DNA of 64,000 nucleotides from Octopus vulgaris (Eukaryota): NCBI GenBank assembly GCA_951406725.2, contig OX597819.1, positions 54,746,001 to 54,810,000 of the forward strand, read 5' to 3'. Shown piece by piece: positions 56,801 to 64,000 of this stretch (position 1 is its first letter; each line of letters starts with the position of its first letter). The notes under the pieces were generated by a model. It saw only the letters and a program-made list of their open reading frames with translations, ran no database searches and was not told where the DNA came from. The position numbers and the translations under genes were made by a program.

Positions 56801-57699
56801 AACTCCTTACCTATGGTCGTTTTTTCCTATATATATATCCGTGTGTGTATATATATGTATGTATGTGTGTATGTATGTATATATGTATATATGTATGTAT
56901 GCATGCATGCATGTACGTATGTCGAGAATGGCACTTCTTTTATATGTGTTTTGTTAATGACACGAAAACACGTGATATTTATTAGTGATTTTTTTCATAT
57001 TTTCGTATCAGTCTTTTGTAGTTTGTTCATAAATCCATATTCGACCTTTCCAGCCCTTCACAGTCCCCTTACAAAGAAATGAATATGGATTTGGGGGTCT
57101 GCGTTGTTCTCACATAGCAATAGAGTGTTAAAATAAACACACAAACAACAAAACAAATAAACGCTTGACTTATGACGATGTCAACAAAAAAGTTCGACCG
57201 GTGTTAAGATTTCAAACTCCATCCCGGTAATCTGATTACCGGAAGTGGGGGCTGAACCCGATTTCAAATTATCCCCGCGCTGTTCACATTACCTCCTTAA
57301 TGATTTTGCTAAAATAATAGAACTGATATTTTTTATAATATTAAACACGGTTTACATTCAAAATTGTAAACTAATCTTACAATATGTAAATAAGACAAAA
57401 CTATTTGATTTTTATCTGCATTTTTATGATGCCCTGAAAAAACATGTCGAATATCAGAGATTCTGTGTATGCAATTTTTTTTTTACATTTTTCTACAGAT
57501 ATGTAGCAGATATGTTGTTTATAGTGGACTGAGTTGAGTTGACAGAATGTAACGATAAGAGATTGATTTGAGGAACGATATGTGCTTTACATTGAAACCA
57601 AAATTTATTTCTACACTTTAAATTGGTAACGAAATGTATTTATATATATTAAAACATTACTACAGTATTTTTTTTAGCTTGGAGCTTGGGTATCTTGAC

Positions 57700-59035
57700 T
57701 TTCGTAATTTGTTTTTCGTTTTTTACTTGTTGGTGGCTGCTCAATATATCGAGTGAGGTTGGTTGCACTTACTTTGTTTCTAGCACTTTATTGTTATTTG
57801 AAAGTCGATGGGTATTTTTGCCATCAAACTTCTGCAACAGTGTAAGGACCTGTGCGGCGTTCCATAAAATGTCCTTCTTTTCTGTCCTCTCGAATTAGGT
57901 TTTTGAGCAGAACTTTATTTCCAATACTGATCTGCTGTTGCTCGTATTTTCTATCGCATTGTTCTTTTTGAATGGGCTCAGCTATTCTAATATTGGAGAC
58001 ATCTCGAGAAATCATACTATCCCGGATAGCTGTCATAACATCAATTTTTCTGGATACAGCTTGATCATTTCCAAAATTGTCGCGATTTTTGGCAGTTGGG
58101 ATGTGTTGTAGTTCAACTGGAAGTGTAGCTTGCTTGTTGTATAAAATTTGAAACGGGATAAAATATGTTGAAGAATTTTTGGCTGTTCGACACGTATTCA
58201 TCCCAGTTGCCACGCTCCTCAAAGGATTTGATGAAATCATCTTTTATAGTCCAGTTCTGTTGCTCCATGAGACCATTTGCTTGAGGATGATAAGCACTTG
58301 TTATGTTCTGCTGTGTTCGTGTTCCTGTCAGAGTATTTAGTTCTGTAGACACTCTGTTTAGGAATTCTCTTCCTTGGTTATTTATCTGGATTTTTTTTAC
58401 AGCCATGCCGACAAATAACATCGTCAAATGGAAACTTTCCCACACATTCCACTGTGTGATCTTTCAAAGGTCGAGCCTCATGCCATTTGGTAAGGTGATC
58501 CATTGCAACAACAATGTAACAATAACCATTATCTGTTTTCGGCAATTTGGTGATATCGACACCAATTTGAGCCATCGCTTCATTTGGCACAGGAATAGGA
58601 TGAAGCTCTCCAACATTAATTTTGTGAACATGATTCATTTTTGACACCGATCACAAGACAAAACGAACTCTTTTGTGTCTTTTCTCACACTTTTCCAACA
58701 AAACCTCTCTAAAAGTTTACCCCTTGTTCTGTCGACACCAAGATGACTTCACAAGCGGCGGACAGTACCACTGTCTCCACAGCCCATGTGGATACTTGAA
58801 ATAATACTCTTCTGTTCATCCGGATTGCGAATGGCCAAGACTTCTCTGCATTCATTTTTAGAATTTCTTATTCTCTCTCTCTCTGCTCAGTAGCACTAGT
58901 AAAGTTGACCACTCCGTGTAGCATAATGCTTATAGAGCCTACATAGGTTTGCCTCTTCGTTTTGGGACATGTAAGGTCTATATTTGTTGTTAACAACCCA
59001 GTCAAATATCAAATCAATGTTGTCAGTTTTGTCCT
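57700..59035 (-). mobile_element. Gypsy-type integrase remnant, probably a Ginger1-like DNA transposon
   Basis: H..HLG..C-x2-C zinc finger, IGVD, QGREF, TSAYHPQANGL and GPY motifs. No RT/RNaseH seen upstream. Frameshifted. Confidence 0.75.
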
Positions 59036-59324
59036 ATGTACTAGGTACAAGTGACATCGCAACTCATTTCTACAGCTGAGTGAACTGGAGCAACGTGAAA
59101 TAAAGTGTCTTGCTCAAGAACACAACACATAGCCCAGTCCGAGAATCGAACTAATTACTTCACGATTTGGAATTTCTAAAAGTTTCTAGATAGTGTAAAC
59201 TTTAGTAATTACTTTCTCTAAGTAAAAGCTGCATTTACCAAACAAACTAATTAGCACTTTCCTTCATTATAATATAATGCCTTGTGAGTGAATTTGGTAG
59301 ACGGAAACTGAAAGAAGCCTGTCG

Positions 59325-59376
<52 letters not shown>

Positions 59377-60889
59377 GTGTGTCTGTGTTTGTCCCCCTAG
59401 CATTGCTTGACAACCGATGCTGGTGTGTTTACGTCCCCGTCACTTAGCGGTTCGGCAAAAGAGACCGATAGAATAAGTACTGGGCTTACAAAGAATAAGT
59501 CCCGGGGTCGAGTTGCTCGACTAAAGGCGGTGCTCCAGCATGGCCGCAGTCAAATGACTGAAACAAGTAAAAGAGTAAAAGAGTATATACATACATACAT
59601 ATATAATTTATTCAATATACACACACACGCGCACACACACATATATAGGTATGTATGCGTGTATGTATATGTGTGTATATGTATGTATACACACATAGTT
59701 GTGTGTATATGTATATGTCACAGGCGCGCGTACACCTACCCACATGCACACAGAGCCTCTCTTACCTATCCGACACATTACCGTCACACATCAATACATA
59801 CACATAGGCACATTATACATATACGCGCACATGTTTTCGTAAATGTGGGTGGTTCTTCATGATCTCTTTTACTCTTTTACTTGTTTCAGTCATTTGACTG
59901 TGGCCATGTTGGGACTTCACTCACAAGGATTTGGTCGGCCCGAGGCTATAGTAGAAGACACTTGCCCAAGGTGCCACGTAGTGGGACTGAACCCGGAGCA
60001 ATGTGGTTGGTAAGCAAGCTACTTACCACACAGCTACTCCTACGCCCGATCTGTTTATCAGTTTGTATTATAGTATTTATGAATGTCCTTTTATTCATTT
60101 TAATGTCTTCATTCCTTCGAAACATACATTATTTTTAATAATATACATTTTACACCTATTGTTCATGGCTTTTCGTTTCTCTACGAGCAACTCTTTATGC
60201 TCTTAAAATACAATAAATGGTTTTTCTGTTAATGTTGAATCAAAATTATCCATCCAGCTGATACACGATTTCTATAGTTTACACCGTTGGCGAGGGAATC
60301 AGTTATTGTAAGAACATATGTTTTGCACATTGTTTTACAATCTTAAGTCCAATATAATAAGGTATGTCTATAGAATATGTAGTGAATACTTCTTGTATGT
60401 ATTCCCACGTAAAAATTATTAAATTGTGAATTATTTACTAAGAATATGATATAAAGCTGTATGGAAAAGTTCTTTTACTAGTTTGGAAGTAAATAGAAAT
60501 TTCTTTTCTCGACGTAACTCGTGCAGCGTATTGTCTTTTTATGTTCGTATGTACACGAACGTGTAAAATATGACTGCATATCTACATTTCATTCAATGCT
60601 GTTTAATGCACATCCGATTAATTTATTCAGCTTGACAAAAGTACTGTTTGCTGTCCTAAGAACGACCAGCTCTTAGCAGCCACGAATGACAGTTCGGTAA
60701 ACGTAGCTGATGAAGCGTAACAATGCAGAAACTCTTGATGCTGACATCATTCAAGCCCTACTGGTGTGACGTCATTCATGGCCTAATAGTGTGCTTATAC
60801 CCACATCGTCTACAAGAAGTTCTTCTCGCGAGACAATTCGTGCAGCGTGTTGTCCTTCCATGTCTGAGTGTCATACTGTGAAGTATGAA

Positions 60890-61805
60890 GTTAGTTAGTT
60901 AGTTAGTTAATTTGGCTCAAAAGCAAATAGCAAGGCCATGTAGGGGGACATGGAGTTAAGTACAGGGTGGTGTTCATGTAAAGAGTTCAGGCCACTTGAG
61001 GTCAAGGGAGGCTTTGAACAAAGCGGTCGTCGGCATCTTCACCATCTCGTCTGGCAGCTTGTTCCACGGATCCGCAACCCGGACGGAGAAAGCTCCTCTC
61101 CTTCGATTGTGATGAAATCGTCGCAGGTAGAGCTTTTCGGAATGACCCCGCAGCCGACGCTCTGGAGCAGGAGTGAAGAACAGCTCTTTCGAGAGGTTAC
61201 ACTTTCCGCTTATGATGTTGTGGGCGAGAATGAGATCACCACGGCGGCGGCGTTTTTCAAGAGAATAAAGGTCGAGCGTCCTCAGCCTTTCTTCGTAGGA
61301 CAAATTTTTGAGACCATGAACCATGCGGGTAGCCAGCTTCTGGACTCTTTCGAGATGCTGTATGTCTTTGAGGAGATAAGGAGAAGAGGCTTGAATCCCA
61401 TACTCCAATATGGGTCTCACCAGCGTGACATAGAGTGGTAGGAATATGGCTGCTGTGAGCATTCCGAATGACCGTCGAATTAAGAACAGAATTCCGCGTG
61501 CTTTGTTGGCAGCATGGACGCACTGGGCCGAAGGCGAAAAGGAGGAATCCACCAAGATACCTAGGTCCTTTACCTGATCGGTCCTCTCCAGCAGCAGACG
61601 ACCCGACTCGAAATCAAGTTGAGTTGCAGGAGTAGAGCCGACAGGCAGATGACAGCACTTTGACACGTTCAGACACAGGTCCCAATTGTTAGACCACTTC
61701 CAAATTTGGTGGAGGCATCGACGAAGATCCTCTATATTACCGCGAGGAGCGACCAAAATAGAAGGGTGTGTTGCGTGAGGTCGTCGGGCAAGTCATTTAT
61801 GAAGT
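60890..61805 (-). mobile_element. 5'-truncated CR1-like LINE, apparently recent
   Basis: 260-aa open frame with LNVSKC, VKDLGI, LYVTLVRPILEY, LERVQK and RRRRGDLI. (AACT)n tail at ~60890-60910. Confidence 0.9.
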
Positions 61806-63303
61806 ATAACTATAGAGAAATTTATTTATTTTAACGTTTCAAAGACAATAACAAAATATATGATAAACGAAAGTACAGAAAACTGTTGCGATGAAACTTA
61901 GATAAAAAGGGAAAAAGGCAATTGTAGTGAAACTTGGGTAAAAACAAAACCAAAAAAATAATGAATATTCGCCAAGTATTTTCAGAATAAAAAATTTTAT
62001 TGTAAAAAAAAAAAGTCTAGCGTACATTTGTTTCTGAACATCTGACAAGAAATTGATGAAATGAGTATATATTTCTTTATTGCCCACAAGAGGCTAAACA
62101 CAGGGGCGGGGGGAACAAGGACAGACAAAGGGATTAAGTCGATTACATCGACCCCAGTGCGTAACTGGTGCTTTATTTTTCGACCCCGAAAGGATGAAAG
62201 GCAAAGTCGACCTTGGCGGAATTTGAACTCAGAACGTAACAGATAAGCATTTCGCCCGGCTCGCTAACGTTTCTGCCAGCTCGGCGCCTTAAATTGATAA
62301 AATGAGTATAGTTTGACAAACTAAAACGATGTTTCCTTTGGATGTAGAGCACGAAACGGCTTAGATGTCTGACATAAAGGTTTAGTTACTAAATGTAAGG
62401 TTTCTAGTTCGATTCCTAGTATAACTGTCATAGCATAAAAAATATACTTTTAGACTTTGCATCATCCCTATGAAACCATGAAAAGTTGGCAAAGTTTGAG
62501 TAACTTTGTATGAAAAAGACAAAGACATCTAATGATGTGCATTATTGTTCCCATTTCGTGTAGTATTGTTTTAAATAATTTCCTTGCGTATCTTTCTTTT
62601 ACCTGTTTCAGTCATTGGACTGTGGCCATGCTGGAGCTCCGCTTTGAGGGGTTTTAGTCGAACAGATCAACTCAAGTACTTATAATTTAAAGTGTGGTGG
62701 TTATCATAACGGTCTCTTTTGCAGAACTATTAAACTAAGGAGATGTAAACTAACGGACCTCGGTTGTCAAGCGATTGTGGAAGGGGACAAACTCAAAGAC
62801 ACTCGCAGATACACTCGATAATCCCGAAAGACTTCTACACAGTTTCCGTTTACCAAATTCACTAATAAGGCTTTGGTCACTCTGGGGCTATAGTAGAAGA
62901 CCCAAGGTGCCTATCTATCTATCTATCTATTCTATTCTATTCTATTCTATTCTATTCTATTCGTCTATCAGTCTGTCATTTTGTTTGTCTAATTAACTAT
63001 CATATCCACTTTCCCTTCTGCCGATGTATATACATCTGTTTACTTTCATAATACCGATGAGCATTTAAACTTAATAACAAAAACAAAAAGAATAATGTCA
63101 GTGCTCTAGCATGGCCAAAGAATTTGGACTGGAACCCGTAAAAGATAAAAGTATAACAGCCACAACCATTTGCTACCATTTGTCACTTGAATCTAAACAT
63201 CTGTCGATATATCTTTTAATTTATTGATCTTCGTGGCATTGTTTCATTATACTAAATATTTCGACAATGCCTGTTATTTGAACTCATTATTGTAGAATAT
63301 AGA

Positions 63304-63360
<57 letters not shown>

Positions 63361-63753
63361 CATATACATTTCTACATTAGAGTTATTACCTTCCTTGGCG
63401 TAAGCGTAACACATGGACAAAATTGACAAGAACGGTGATGATGATAATAATGAAAACAACTCAGCACAAACGGTTATAGATAAATTTATTTATTTATTTA
63501 TTGCCCACGTGGGGCTGAACATAGTGGGGACAAGCAAGGATAGGAAAAGAGATTAAGTCTATTACATCGACTCCAGTGCATAACTGGTACTTATATAATC
63601 GACGCCGAAAGGATGAAAGGAAAAGTCGACCTCGGCGGAATTTGAACTCAAAACGTAAAACGTAAAGGCAGACGAAATACCGCTAAGCATTTCGCCCTGC
63701 TTGCTTACCATTCTGCCAGCTCGCCGGTTCGCAGTCCTTTATAGATAGATTTA

Positions 63754-63945
63754 TTACAAGTCACCAAGGGAGTCCAGTGCAGAAGTAATAAACCTATTAA
63801 AATAATTGGGATCAATTTCCGCTATGACGCCTTCACTTGGAACGAATTTATACATTTCAAAATTTCCAGAAATGCCACTGCTTGTGTTTTCGACAAACAG
63901 TACACGTTCGGTGTGTTTGTACGCAGCCAGCATGATACGATACAC
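63754..63945 (-). CDS. Paralog A last coding exon (upstream exons lie beyond the window end)
   Basis: Acceptor tcttattctAG, phase 0: VYRIMLAAYKHTERVLFVENTSSGISGNFEMYKFVPSEGVIAEIDPNYFNRFITSALDSLGDL, then TAATAAA. Confidence 0.88.
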   Translation of the reverse strand: MYRIMLAAYKHTERVLFVENTSSGISGNFEMYKFVPSEGVIAEIDPNYFNRFITSALDSLGDL

Positions 63946-64000
63946 CTAGAATAAGATCAATAAACACCCCAGAGAATTAATCAGTGAAATACAAAATTAA

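Noticed and set aside
60950-61441. 163-aa plus-strand ORF
   Set aside because: Antisense shadow of the CR1 ORF2 fragment.

Overview
AT-rich, repeat-dense eukaryotic DNA. The SINE families and microsatellites look like those of an octopus (cephalopod mollusc) genome; this is recognition from memory, not a search. Most listed ORFs are microsatellite or transposon noise. Hidden among the repeats is a minus-strand tandem array of four intron-containing paralogs of one uncharacterised secreted protein. Copy C is complete (6 exons, 37198->23548, 309 aa, all introns GT-AG and in phase). Copy D (signal exon and exon 3, continuing past the left edge) and copy A (last exon only, rest past the right edge) are partial. 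Copy B is a frameshifted, exon-deleted pseudogene. The protein's C-terminal half is suggestive of a Cyt/volvatoxin-type pore-forming fold (inference). The rest is Penelope-like retroelement remnants with minimal hammerhead ribozymes and long hairpins, R4/Dong, CR1 and Tx1 LINE fragments, Tc1/mariner, pogo-MITE, Helitron, Chapaev-like and Ginger-like DNA transposon remnants, and three tRNA-derived SINE families.
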